Of a DNA stretch of 64,000 bases, positions 30,681 to 39,781 are shown one piece after another. Below the pieces are notes generated by a model. It did not search any database. It saw nothing but the letters and a program-made list of their open reading frames with translations, and had not been told where the DNA came from. Position 1 is the stretch's first letter. Each line of letters opens with the position of its first letter. The stretch covers positions 3,520,001 to 3,584,000 of the forward strand of contig OZ245046.1 of assembly GCA_965224245.1 (NCBI GenBank), read 5' to 3'. A program made the position numbers and the translations under genes. The DNA comes from Candidatus Eiseniibacteriota bacterium (lineage in GTDB: Bacteria > Eisenbacteria > RBG-16-71-46 > CAZAMP01).

Positions 30681-33092
30681 TCAGGCCGGCATCCGCGCCT
30701 CGGCACCGTGGTGCGCCTCGCGCCCACCCCGTCCGCCGTGCTCTACGTCCTCCGCGCTCAGCACACGCAGCAACGCCAGCGTGGCCGTCTTGCTCGGGAT
30801 GCCGGGGCGGAGCTGAACCTCCGGGTCGTCGTGGAGCGACGCGTCCAGCGGCGGAAGACCCACGCACGATGGACACCCGCTGGCGCACGGACACGTCTCG
30901 ACGAGCTGGAGCCCGGCCGACGCGACGGCCGGGAAGCGCTCGAAGACCTTCTCGGCGAAGCCGAGCCCGCCGGGGTAACGATCATAGATGAAGAGCGTCA
31001 GGAGACCCCCGTTCGAGGCCTCGAGGGCCGTGCCGAGGTCGTGCCGATCGCACATGACGAGCCGCGGCGCCAGGTGCTGCACGACGTTTCGCAGCCCCGA
31101 CATCGCGTCGCGCACCGAGAAGCCGGCGCGCTTCGCGCGTCCGGCCGCCGTGGCGGACGGCGCGTACCAGAGCGCCGCGGTGGAGAGCTCCTGATACGGC
31201 AGATCCAGCGCGTGATACCCGATGGCGTCCTGCCGATGAAACTGGATCTTCTTGAACGCCGTGGTCGCCCAGTGAACGTCGACGTCGCCGAAGAACACGG
31301 TCTCGCCCGGAGCCGCGACACGGCGCTCGTGGACGTCCACGACGCGGACCCGGTCGTCGACCAGGGCCTGCGTGTAGTAGTCGACCTCGCGCGGCTCCAC
31401 GAACGCGACCTTCTGCTCGAGATCCAGCTCGCGCACGTAGAAGGTCCGCCCCTCGTGGAGATAGATGGCCTCGGGGTACAGGAGCTCGAGCGCGCTGATC
31501 GAGTCGACGTTGCCGATGACGGCGTTCTCGCGCGTCGTATCCATGATCGTGTACGTGTCGTCGGACATGTTCCGGAGGCTGACGGTGCCGGCCGGGAACT
31601 CGTCGCCGGACCAATACCAGGCGTCCTCCAGCCGGCGAAGGCGCTCGTCGGCGGCGAGTGCGTCGGCGACCGGCTCCAGCGTGTCGCCGAAGTAGCGCGC
31701 GTCCTCGGTGACCAGGGGCAGCTCGGATGCGGCACACGCGAGCTGCGCGGCGAGAATGTAGGGATTGTCCAGATCGATGACCGCGTGCTCGGGGTTCTTG
31801 CCGAGGACGTCGTCCGGCCGCCGGACGAGGTACTGATCGATCGGCTCGTTGTAGGCCACGATGACGACCAGGCTCTCCTCCCCGCTGCGTCCTGCCCGCC
31901 CCGCTCTCTGCAGGGTCGAGGCGACCGATCCCGGAAACCCCGCCATGACCACGGCGTCGAGCCCCCCGACGTCGATGCCGAGCTCGAGGGCGTTCGTGCT
32001 GACGACGCCGAGCAGATCGCCGTCGAAGAGCCGCTTCTCGATGGCGCGGCGCTCCTTCGGGAGATATCCGCCGCGGTAGGGACTCAGACGCTCGCTCAGC
32101 CCGCGTCCGACCCGGCCGAGCCGTTCGCGCGCGTACCGGTAGATGAGCTCGGCCACGACGCGCGTGCGCGTGAAGGCGATCGTGGGATGGCCCGAGACGA
32201 CCAGCTCGGCGAGCCAGCGCTCGGCCTCGAGATGGCTGCTCCGGCGTTCGAGACGGGTCTCGTCCTCGTGTGGTGGATTCCAGAACACGAACGTCTTCGC
32301 GCCCGACGGCGCACCGTCCTCGTCCACGACCTGGACCGGCTGCCCGATCAGCCGCTCGGCGAGCTCGCCCGGATTGCCGATCGTGGCCGAGCTGAGCACG
32401 AAGGTCGGTGAGACCTCGTAGTGGTCCAGGATCCGGCGGAGCCTCCTGATCACCTGGGCGACGTGGGACCCGAAGATCCCCCTGTAGGTGTGGGCCTCGT
32501 CGATCACGACGAAGCGGAGGTGCTCGAGGAAGCGGTACCAGCGCCCGTGGTACGGCAGGATGCCGCGATGGAGCATGTCGGGGTTGGTCAGGATGACGTT
32601 GCCGTGGTCGCGCAGCTTTCGGCGCGTGTGCGGCGTCGTGTCGCCGTCGTAGGTACCCGCGACGACGAGGCGCTCTCCGCCGGGCACGTCGTCACGCAAA
32701 CGTGTGAGGCTCCGGAGCTGGTCCTGAGCCAGGGCCTTGGTTGGAAACAACAGGAGTGCCGTGGCGTCGGGATCCTCCTGGAGCGTCTCGAAGATGGGAA
32801 CGAGGTAGCAGAGCGACTTGCCGCTGGCGGTACGACTCACGACGACCGTGTGGCGGGCCTCGCGGACGTGCTCGATCGCCGTCGCCTGGTGACAGTAGAG
32901 CCGATCGATCCCGCGTCGCGAGAGCGCGTCTCGCACCGGCGGAGGGAGTGGAGGATCCAGGTCGCGATGGCGCGCGCCGCGCTCGGGGATGCGGACCGTG
33001 TGGAGGTGGGCCCCCTCACGCGCGCCGTCGGTGAGGCGGGCGATGAGCGCATCGAACCGCCCCGGTCGATCGCCGGCACCGGCGGCCGTCAC
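30681..33092 (-). CDS. DEAH helicase with C-terminal DUF1998 Zn domain (MrfA/YprA/Hrq1 family)
   Basis: TASGKS, PTKALAQDQ, DEAH, SSATIGNP, TNALELGIDVG, QRAGRAGR, MCD...CPCASGCPSC. Confidence 0.93.
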   Translation of the reverse strand: MTAAGAGDRPGRFDALIARLTDGAREGAHLHTVRIPERGARHRDLDPPLPPPVRDALSRRGIDRLYCHQATAIEHVREARHTVVVSRTASGKSLCYLVPIFETLQEDPDATALLLFPTKALAQDQLRSLTRLRDDVPGGERLVVAGTYDGDTTPHTRRKLRDHGNVILTNPDMLHRGILPYHGRWYRFLEHLRFVVIDEAHTYRGIFGSHVAQVIRRLRRILDHYEVSPTFVLSSATIGNPGELAERLIGQPVQVVDEDGAPSGAKTFVFWNPPHEDETRLERRSSHLEAERWLAELVVSGHPTIAFTRTRVVAELIYRYARERLGRVGRGLSERLSPYRGGYLPKERRAIEKRLFDGDLLGVVSTNALELGIDVGGLDAVVMAGFPGSVASTLQRAGRAGRSGEESLVVIVAYNEPIDQYLVRRPDDVLGKNPEHAVIDLDNPYILAAQLACAASELPLVTEDARYFGDTLEPVADALAADERLRRLEDAWYWSGDEFPAGTVSLRNMSDDTYTIMDTTRENAVIGNVDSISALELLYPEAIYLHEGRTFYVRELDLEQKVAFVEPREVDYYTQALVDDRVRVVDVHERRVAAPGETVFFGDVDVHWATTAFKKIQFHRQDAIGYHALDLPYQELSTAALWYAPSATAAGRAKRAGFSVRDAMSGLRNVVQHLAPRLVMCDRHDLGTALEASNGGLLTLFIYDRYPGGLGFAEKVFERFPAVASAGLQLVETCPCASGCPSCVGLPPLDASLHDDPEVQLRPGIPSKTATLALLRVLSAEDVEHGGRGGREAHHGAEARMPA

Positions 33093-33093
33093 C

Positions 33094-33990
33094 TCACGCG
33101 CTCCGATCCATCTCGGGAAGATCGAACTCGAGCTGCAGGCTCCGCGCCGAGCGGGGGGGGACCAGCGACACCGGTCCGGTGTTCGGGTGTCGCTCGACGA
33201 GACCGGACGGTAGTGGCGTCTTCGGATCGATCCACAGCGCCGCCAGGAGTCGGGCACCGGCCACCGCGTGACCCGCGTGGCAATTGTTGAAGAACGCATA
33301 GACGCGCTCGGTGTCGGCCACCATGGCGCGGATCCGATCGGTCCAGGCGGCGAGCTCGTCGCGCGAGTACGCGTAGTCGTATCGGTCACCGCCGCCACCC
33401 CACCAGTTGGCTCGATTGCGTCCGTGAAAGCGGAGGTAGCCCACCGGCGTGGTGGTCCGAACGACCGGCGGCATCAGACCGTCCAGGTCGGGCTCGTCCA
33501 CGACGCAGTACCCGATCTCGTGGCGCTCCAGAAACGCGAAGACGTCGTCGCGCGCCCAGCCCGCGTGTCGGAACTCGACGAACATCGGCAGCTCGCCGAG
33601 CGCCGCCCGGGCGCGAGCCAGATGCTCGAGAGCGGGCTTCCCATGGCGAAACGCCCACGGAAACTGGAAGAGCACACCCCGCAGGCTCCCGGCATCGATC
33701 AACGGCGAGATCGACTCGAGGAACTGCGGCATCGTGCCCGCCATCTCGCGTCGATCGTGCGTGGCCGAGCGGTGTGCCTTCACCATGAACTCGAACTCGG
33801 GGCCGGTGACGTCGACCATCCGAGCGAAGGTCTCGGGCGGGGGGATGCGGTAGTAGGTGCTGTTGATCTCGACCGCCGAGAACTGCGACGCGTAGTACGC
33901 GAGCATGTCACGCGGCCGGAGCCGCTCCGGGTAGAACGGACCCACCCAGTCCCGGAAGCTGAAGCCCGACGTGCCGATTCGGATGCTCAT
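33094..33990 (-). CDS. DUF72 (YecE/YunF) family protein
   Basis: IGTSGFSFRDWVGPFYP, VEINSTYY, VEFRH, YLRFHGRN, YDYAYS, FFNN. Confidence 0.92.
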   Translation of the reverse strand: MSIRIGTSGFSFRDWVGPFYPERLRPRDMLAYYASQFSAVEINSTYYRIPPPETFARMVDVTGPEFEFMVKAHRSATHDRREMAGTMPQFLESISPLIDAGSLRGVLFQFPWAFRHGKPALEHLARARAALGELPMFVEFRHAGWARDDVFAFLERHEIGYCVVDEPDLDGLMPPVVRTTTPVGYLRFHGRNRANWWGGGGDRYDYAYSRDELAAWTDRIRAMVADTERVYAFFNNCHAGHAVAGARLLAALWIDPKTPLPSGLVERHPNTGPVSLVPPRSARSLQLEFDLPEMDRSA

Positions 33991-34856
33991 GTCACGAGCT
34001 CCATGCGGGGAGCCGACCGTCGCGCCGGCGGGTCGTCCGCGGCCGCGTCGACGCCGTCGCCGAGGCCGACGCGATGCTCGCCGCGAGCGATCCCCACGAG
34101 AACGTCGGCCTTGCATCCGAAGTGATCGGTGAGCGTCGCGATGCTCGCACGGGCGAGCTGTCCGCCCGAGTGCACACCGAGCGCGGCCAGACGTGCGGCG
34201 GTCAGGTCGGAGATCCCCGGGAGCGCACCGACCGGGCGATCGTTCACCCAGTCGCGGTACGTCGACTCGCGAAGCGAGACAATCTCCGGGCCGAGCGCGC
34301 TCGCCGCGGCACCGCGGGCCACGATGTCGTTCGGACCGATCCCGATGCGCGCGTCGCCGGGAAAGAGCGCGTCGAGCGCCGATCGAAGCCGCAGCGCGAC
34401 GCGCTGGGCCATGGCCCCGCCGATCACCCGGATGCTCAGCGCGATCGAATCACGCTCCACGCGTCCCACGGCGGGCGAGAATGTCGCGATGGGATCGAGC
34501 CATCGCTCGATCCCTCGGCGCCGGGCATCGAGATCCGCGTAGAAGACCTCGAGGGCCGGGCATCGTCGCTTCGCTCGGGTCAGCGACATTCCTCGCCGTA
34601 CGCCGTGGTTGCGCGCCGAGCGCGAGCTCGCTCGGATGATCGGACCTTTGCGGGACACGAGAACGATGGGCCTCTTCGCGCCCTCCGGCTGCGCGAGCGC
34701 CGACAGAGCCTCGAGCAGTCCGGGCATGGTCACGTGAAGCACCATCGTCGTCCGGTTCGAGGGTGGCCGGACGACCGACGCCGAATCGAGCGCGAGCAGC
34801 GTCGGCGCCGACCGCCGGTCGACGTCCACGACAGTCTGGGACATGGCGACGCTCAT
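33987..34856 (-). CDS. Y-family DNA polymerase-like protein, probably inactive (DinB/ImuB-like)
   Basis: SRSARNHGVRRGM, AKRRCP, IGIGPN, LPGIS HhH motif; catalytic acidic residues not seen; GGAGG RBS. Confidence 0.75.
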   Translation of the reverse strand: MSVAMSQTVVDVDRRSAPTLLALDSASVVRPPSNRTTMVLHVTMPGLLEALSALAQPEGAKRPIVLVSRKGPIIRASSRSARNHGVRRGMSLTRAKRRCPALEVFYADLDARRRGIERWLDPIATFSPAVGRVERDSIALSIRVIGGAMAQRVALRLRSALDALFPGDARIGIGPNDIVARGAAASALGPEIVSLRESTYRDWVNDRPVGALPGISDLTAARLAALGVHSGGQLARASIATLTDHFGCKADVLVGIARGEHRVGLGDGVDAAADDPPARRSAPRMELVT

Positions 34857-34869
34857 GCTCGTGACCTCC

Positions 34870-35130
34870 CTATCCATCCAGCCAGACGCGCGTGAGCCTC
34901 CATGCCATCGTCCCGGAGTGAAACGAGAGCTCGAAGCTGTCGGTACTCTCGCCGAGCACCGAGAAGTAGTGCACGCGCTCCGAGCCGATCTTCTGGGTCC
35001 AGTCGCCCGTGACGCGCGAGACGCGAACGACGCGACGCCTCCAGCGAAAGCGAAGCGGCTCCATCCGTCCGTTGCGAAACCACGTGAGCACCTCGATGGG
35101 TTCGTTCACCGACTCGACCAACGTCGTCAC
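34870..35130 (-). CDS. Small protein, DUF6504-like
   Basis: EPIEV...PLRFRWRRR...V...W...YF...FEL...WRL pattern; lies between lexA and the Y-polymerase-like gene. Confidence 0.7.
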   Translation of the reverse strand: MTTLVESVNEPIEVLTWFRNGRMEPLRFRWRRRVVRVSRVTGDWTQKIGSERVHYFSVLGESTDSFELSFHSGTMAWRLTRVWLDG

Positions 35131-35231
35131 CCCGGTGCGTCCGTCCAGTGATGAAAACGCGTGACCCGGCGGTCGACTCGTCCCCGATCGAGTCGGCCCG
35201 CCAGGTCACGCCCCTAGCGTCGTACCAAGTG

Positions 35232-35912
35232 TCAGTCGTAGCGCCTCAGCACGGCGGTCACCCGTCCCAGAACCCTCACGTCGGCAAAGGCCTCGGGGCT
35301 CAGGATGATCGGTGTGAAGGCCGGGTTTTCGGGCAGCAGCGCGATGCCGTCGCGCGAGCGATGCAGCCGCTTGACCGTGGCCTCGTCCTCGAGCAGAGCG
35401 ACGACGATCTCGCCGTTGCGGGCGTCGGACTGAGAGCGCACGACGACGATGTCGCCGTCCAGGATGCCCGCGTTCATCATGCTGTCGCCGTGCACTCGCA
35501 ATGCGAAGAGATCTCGATGATGGGCGACGAAGCCGTCCAGATGCAGCACGTCCTCGACGTTCTCCTCGGCGAGGATCGGGGCGCCCGCGGCCACACGGCC
35601 GACCAGAGGGATCCCTCCGCGGGCGTAGATCGTATCGAGGTCGGCGCCGGCGTCGTCGACGTGCACGTCGGACGAGCCGAGGGCGGCGGCCACCGCCGCG
35701 TCGATCAGCTGGATGCCCCGCGAGATCCGCGGATTGCGCCGGATGTAGCCCTTCTCCTCGAGTCGCTTCAGGTAGTAGCGGACGCCGTTGGTCGACTGGA
35801 TCCCGAATGCCTCACCGATCTCGCGGATCGACGGCGGAAGCCCATCGACGTCGATCGCGTTCCGGAGATGGGCGAGAAGCTCGCGCTCTTTGTCCGTCAA
35901 CGCACTACCCAT
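35232..35912 (-). CDS. lexA: SOS repressor LexA
   Basis: PPSIREIG wHTH, VAAG cleavage site, GDSM catalytic Ser, TVKR catalytic Lys. Confidence 0.96.
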   Translation of the reverse strand: MGSALTDKERELLAHLRNAIDVDGLPPSIREIGEAFGIQSTNGVRYYLKRLEEKGYIRRNPRISRGIQLIDAAVAAALGSSDVHVDDAGADLDTIYARGGIPLVGRVAAGAPILAEENVEDVLHLDGFVAHHRDLFALRVHGDSMMNAGILDGDIVVVRSQSDARNGEIVVALLEDEATVKRLHRSRDGIALLPENPAFTPIILSPEAFADVRVLGRVTAVLRRYD

Positions 35913-35979
35913 GACTGGCTCCCTCTCGTAGGATGACCGCGCCGGGTCGAATTGCCCGCACGAGCACGACCACGCCGGA

Positions 35980-36031
35980 AATCTACATGAACAGACGTGC
36001 AGTCACAAGGCGAAAAGTGCACGAATGTGCA
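35980..36031 (-). promoter_or_regulatory. lexA promoter with two candidate SOS boxes
   Basis: TGAAC-AGAC-GTGCA (35988-36001) and TGCAC-GAAT-GTGCA (36018-36031); minus-strand TTGTGA-N17-TAGATT brackets the first box. Confidence 0.75.
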
Positions 36032-36174
36032 ATGCCCACGCGAGCACGGACTTGGCGGGCGTCCCGGACCGCGTGAGCGTCTCCGGCCGCTCGTCGGCAG
36101 TCGGATCGGCACCCGCGGCATCGGGCGGCGGTGATCGTAAGTGGTATTGTTGAAATGAATTGAGAGGGGACGGC

Positions 36175-37095
36175 ATGATCCTGCCGCGTCGCGAGGTGAT
36201 CCGACGCCATCCGGACAATCCGATTCTGACCGCAGCCGATCTGCCCGCCGGCCACACGGTGTTCAACAGCGGGGTCGTCCGCCATGCCGGCGCGATCCGG
36301 ATGATGCTCCGGATCGAGGACGAGGACCGGTTCCAGCACTTCCGGATGGCCGAGAGCACCGACGGCGTGCACTTCTCGGTGTCGTCCGAGCCGGTCCGGT
36401 TTCCGCCGGATCCCGCGGCCGAGGCGTACGAGGGCACGATCTACGACCCCAGGATCACCCCGCTCGAGGGGCGCTACGTGATCTGCTACGCGGCGCACAG
36501 CTACCGCGGCGTCCGGATCGGCATGGCCCGCACGGAGGACTTCCAGACCTTCGAGCGCCTCCCGTTCGGATCGGCCGTCGACAACCGGAACGGCGTGCTG
36601 TTTCCCGAGCGCATCGGAGCCCGGTACGCGCGACTCGAGCGACCGCAGACCATCAAGGACCGCGGCGATCTCTGGCTCTCCTACTCGCCGGACCTCGTGC
36701 ACTGGGGCGACTACCACTGCATCGCGGAGACGCGCCAGCACTCGTGGGACCAGTGGAAGCTCGGCGCCGGCGCGGTACCCATCGCGACGCCCGACGGGTG
36801 GCTGTGCATCATCCACGGCGTCTGCAAGACCGCGAGCGGGTCCATCTACCGGCTGGGGGCGATCCTCCTGGATCGCGAGGATCCGACCGTGGTCCTCGCG
36901 CGCTCGCGGGGCTACATCCTGTCGCCCCGGGAGCTCTACGAGCGAGTCGGCGACGTCCCGAACGTCGTGTTCACGTGCGGCGCGATCGTCGAGGACGATG
37001 GCGAGGTGAAGATCTACTACGGCGGCGCGGACACCTGCATGTGCCTCGGGCTCTCCACGGTGGACGAGCTGCTCGCGGCGTGCCGGGAGCGCTGA
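36175..37095 (+). CDS. Glycoside hydrolase family 130 protein (mannoside phosphorylase-like)
   Basis: NPIL, VFNSG, YDPRIT, NRNGVLFPE, SPDLVHWG, YERVGDVPNVVF, YYGGADT. Confidence 0.92.
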   Translation: MILPRREVIRRHPDNPILTAADLPAGHTVFNSGVVRHAGAIRMMLRIEDEDRFQHFRMAESTDGVHFSVSSEPVRFPPDPAAEAYEGTIYDPRITPLEGRYVICYAAHSYRGVRIGMARTEDFQTFERLPFGSAVDNRNGVLFPERIGARYARLERPQTIKDRGDLWLSYSPDLVHWGDYHCIAETRQHSWDQWKLGAGAVPIATPDGWLCIIHGVCKTASGSIYRLGAILLDREDPTVVLARSRGYILSPRELYERVGDVPNVVFTCGAIVEDDGEVKIYYGGADTCMCLGLSTVDELLAACRER

Positions 37096-37127
37096 CGCCG
37101 ACGGCCCCGTTGAACGAGGAGAGAGCG

Positions 37128-37790
37128 ATGCACCGCGTGCCCGTCGTCGACGCCGAGCCCTGGTCGGTGGGAACGGTCTACTGCCTGGGGAAGAACTACC
37201 GGGCCCACGCGGTCGAGATGGGTCAGGCGACGCCGAAGCCACCGGTGATCTTTCTGAAGCCGGCGACCACGCTCGTGCCCCTCTCCGAGCCCGTGGCGAT
37301 CCCCACCGACCGCGGTCCGGTCCACCACGAGATCGAGCTGGTGATCGGGGTGAGGTGGCTCGCCGGACGCGTGCCCGCCGACGTGACGCCCGACGACGCC
37401 GAGTCGGCGATCGCGACCCTCGCGGTGGGCCTGGACCTGACGCTGCGCGACGTCCAGTCCGCGGCCAAGTCCGCCGGCGAGCCGTGGGCCGCTTCGAAGG
37501 GCTTCACGGGATCGGCGCCGGTGTCGGCGCTCCGGGCGCGGGGCCATCTACCGTGGTCGGATCTGTCGCTGTCGCTCTCGGTGAACGGCGCGCCGCGCCA
37601 GTCGGCCCCTCTGTCCGACATGACACTCTCCCCGGCGGCCACGGTGGCCGCGGTCGCGCGCGCGTTTCCGCTGGCCGACGGCGACCTGATCTTCACCGGG
37701 ACTCCGGCCGGCGTGGGACCGCTCTCCCCCGGCGACACGCTCGACGTGCGGCTGGATCCGATCATCGCGGAGCGGACCCGGGTCGGCTGA
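37128..37790 (+). CDS. Fumarylacetoacetate hydrolase family protein
   Basis: CLGKNYRAHAVEM, FLKP, HHEIEL, DLTLRD, GDLIFTGTPAGVG. Confidence 0.93.
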   Translation: MHRVPVVDAEPWSVGTVYCLGKNYRAHAVEMGQATPKPPVIFLKPATTLVPLSEPVAIPTDRGPVHHEIELVIGVRWLAGRVPADVTPDDAESAIATLAVGLDLTLRDVQSAAKSAGEPWAASKGFTGSAPVSALRARGHLPWSDLSLSLSVNGAPRQSAPLSDMTLSPAATVAAVARAFPLADGDLIFTGTPAGVGPLSPGDTLDVRLDPIIAERTRVG

Positions 37791-37997
37791 TCCCGAGCAG
37801 ACCGCACCCGCCGGCGGAGCGGAAGATCTCGCCGAGGGCCGCCGTCAGCCATGCCCGCCGCGGTCGGCGGCGGCGTTCGGCCGTCCGGGCCGGCGCGGGC
37901 CGTCCCGCCACGATCAGACATAGACCCACTGCTATACTTCTCGGACCCGACGATCCCGAGGCCCCCGGACCCCACCGCCCGATCCGAGGAGTGCTCC

Positions 37998-39725
37998 ATG
38001 AGCCGACACCAGAGATCGCGGTCCCCCCACCGACACCGTTTCGCTCTCCTGGCCGCCGTCCTGGTCCTGACGACGATCGCCCTGCCGGCCTATCGTCGCG
38101 CCGAGCGCGACCCGGCGCGCACGACATCCACGCTGACCGCGATCTCGGCCGTCTCGGAGACGGGCACGCCGACGCTGTGGGTCCGCTTCGTGGACAAGGC
38201 GGTGGAGAGCTCCGAGGACTGCGCCCGGGCGCTGGCCGCGCTCGAGCCGGCCGTGAGCCGTAGCGCCTCCGACCGGCGCCGGCAGGCGCGGCACGCCGAC
38301 GACTTCGACGACCTGCCGATCCCCGCCGCGTACGTCGCCGCGATCGAGGCGACCGGCGCGGTCGTCGTCCACGAGAGCCGCTGGCTCAACGCGGTCAGCG
38401 TGCGCGCCGACCTCGAGACGTTCGCGACCCTCGCGGAGCTGCCCTTCGTCGCGTCGCTGGAGAGGGTGGCGTCCTGGCAGAGCACGCCGACCTGGCGCGT
38501 GGGGCGGCCTCCGAAGGTCGTGGCCGATACCGTCGCGACCGGAGCGGACGGCATCGACTACGGAGCCTCGCGCGGGCAGATCCAGTCGATCAATGCCGTG
38601 GCCGCGCATGCGTCCGGCCTCGACGGCGAGGGAGTCGTCGTCGCCCTCCTCGACACCGACGTGGATCTCGATCACCTCGCCCTCCGGCATCTGGTCGCCT
38701 CGGACCGGATCCTGGCCCGCCGCGCGTTCGTGTCGCCCGCGACCGGCTCCGATGCCCGCGACGCGCACGGCACGGCGATCCTGTCCGCGCTGGCCGGGTA
38801 CGCCGACGGGATGCTCGTGGGCCCGGCGTTCGGCGCGTCGTTCCTACTGGCGTGCGTGGACGACCCGGCCCGCGAGTGCGGGACCGCTGCCGACGCGTGG
38901 GTCGCCGCGCTGGAGTGGGCGGAGGCATCCGGCGCCGACGTCGTGGTGACGTCGGTCGACACCCGGACCGCGATCGGGGATCCGGAGTTCGGCGAGTCCG
39001 TGGAGACCGTCCTTCGCCTGGCGAACGACCGCGGGCTGCTCGTGGTCGGCCCGAGGACGGCGGCAAAGCGGACGCCGGCATCGCCGGTCGTGGTCGGACA
39101 CGGCCGGCACGACGCGAGCTCGGTGTTCCGTGTCGTGAGCGACGGCTACACCCGGAGCGCCGATCGCGACGACGCCGACCCGACGACCCCGCGCACCGGC
39201 ACCGTCTGCGCGCTCGCCGACGGCGACGCCGACGGCACCTCTCCCGAGTACGGCTGGATGGCCGGCCCCGCGATCGAGGCCGCGCTCGTCGCGGGTGCGG
39301 CCGCGCTCGTGATGGATGCGCACCCCACGTGGCCGGCGGCCGCGGTCCGTGACGCGCTCGAGCTCACCGATCTGCTCGGCGGCGGCGTGACCCTTCCCGA
39401 CGTGGCCGCCGCGGTCGCCAACACGTGTCCGACCGCGCTCGCGGACGGCGACCACGGCGAGGCGTTTGACGCGGGGCCGAATCCCTTCCGGTGCCGCGCG
39501 CGGCTGACCTATGATCTGCCGGACGCGCGCCTGGTGCCGGTGACCGTCGAGATCCGGCGGCCGGACGGCACGTTCGTGCGGGGGTATCGAAGCGCTCCCC
39601 GTACCGGCGCCATCTCGTGGGACGGTCGCGATCGACACGGTCGGCGGCAGGCGCCGGGCACGTACGTGGCCACGCTCTCGGCCGGTGAGTGGCATGCTTC
39701 GGCGAAGCTGGTTCTCGATCCCTGA
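37998..39725 (+). CDS. S8 subtilase-like secreted protein with FlgD-Ig-like C-terminus; catalytic Ser apparently lost
   Basis: SRWLNAVS prodomain, LLDT, HGT; GPAIEAALVAG in place of GTSxATPxVAG; PNPF...WDGRD...GTY tail. Confidence 0.75.
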   Translation: MSRHQRSRSPHRHRFALLAAVLVLTTIALPAYRRAERDPARTTSTLTAISAVSETGTPTLWVRFVDKAVESSEDCARALAALEPAVSRSASDRRRQARHADDFDDLPIPAAYVAAIEATGAVVVHESRWLNAVSVRADLETFATLAELPFVASLERVASWQSTPTWRVGRPPKVVADTVATGADGIDYGASRGQIQSINAVAAHASGLDGEGVVVALLDTDVDLDHLALRHLVASDRILARRAFVSPATGSDARDAHGTAILSALAGYADGMLVGPAFGASFLLACVDDPARECGTAADAWVAALEWAEASGADVVVTSVDTRTAIGDPEFGESVETVLRLANDRGLLVVGPRTAAKRTPASPVVVGHGRHDASSVFRVVSDGYTRSADRDDADPTTPRTGTVCALADGDADGTSPEYGWMAGPAIEAALVAGAAALVMDAHPTWPAAAVRDALELTDLLGGGVTLPDVAAAVANTCPTALADGDHGEAFDAGPNPFRCRARLTYDLPDARLVPVTVEIRRPDGTFVRGYRSAPRTGAISWDGRDRHGRRQAPGTYVATLSAGEWHASAKLVLDP

Positions 39726-39781
39726 TCGATCGCCTCACCGGACGTGCCGACGCCTCCATCGCACGGGGATCGATCCAGCCG

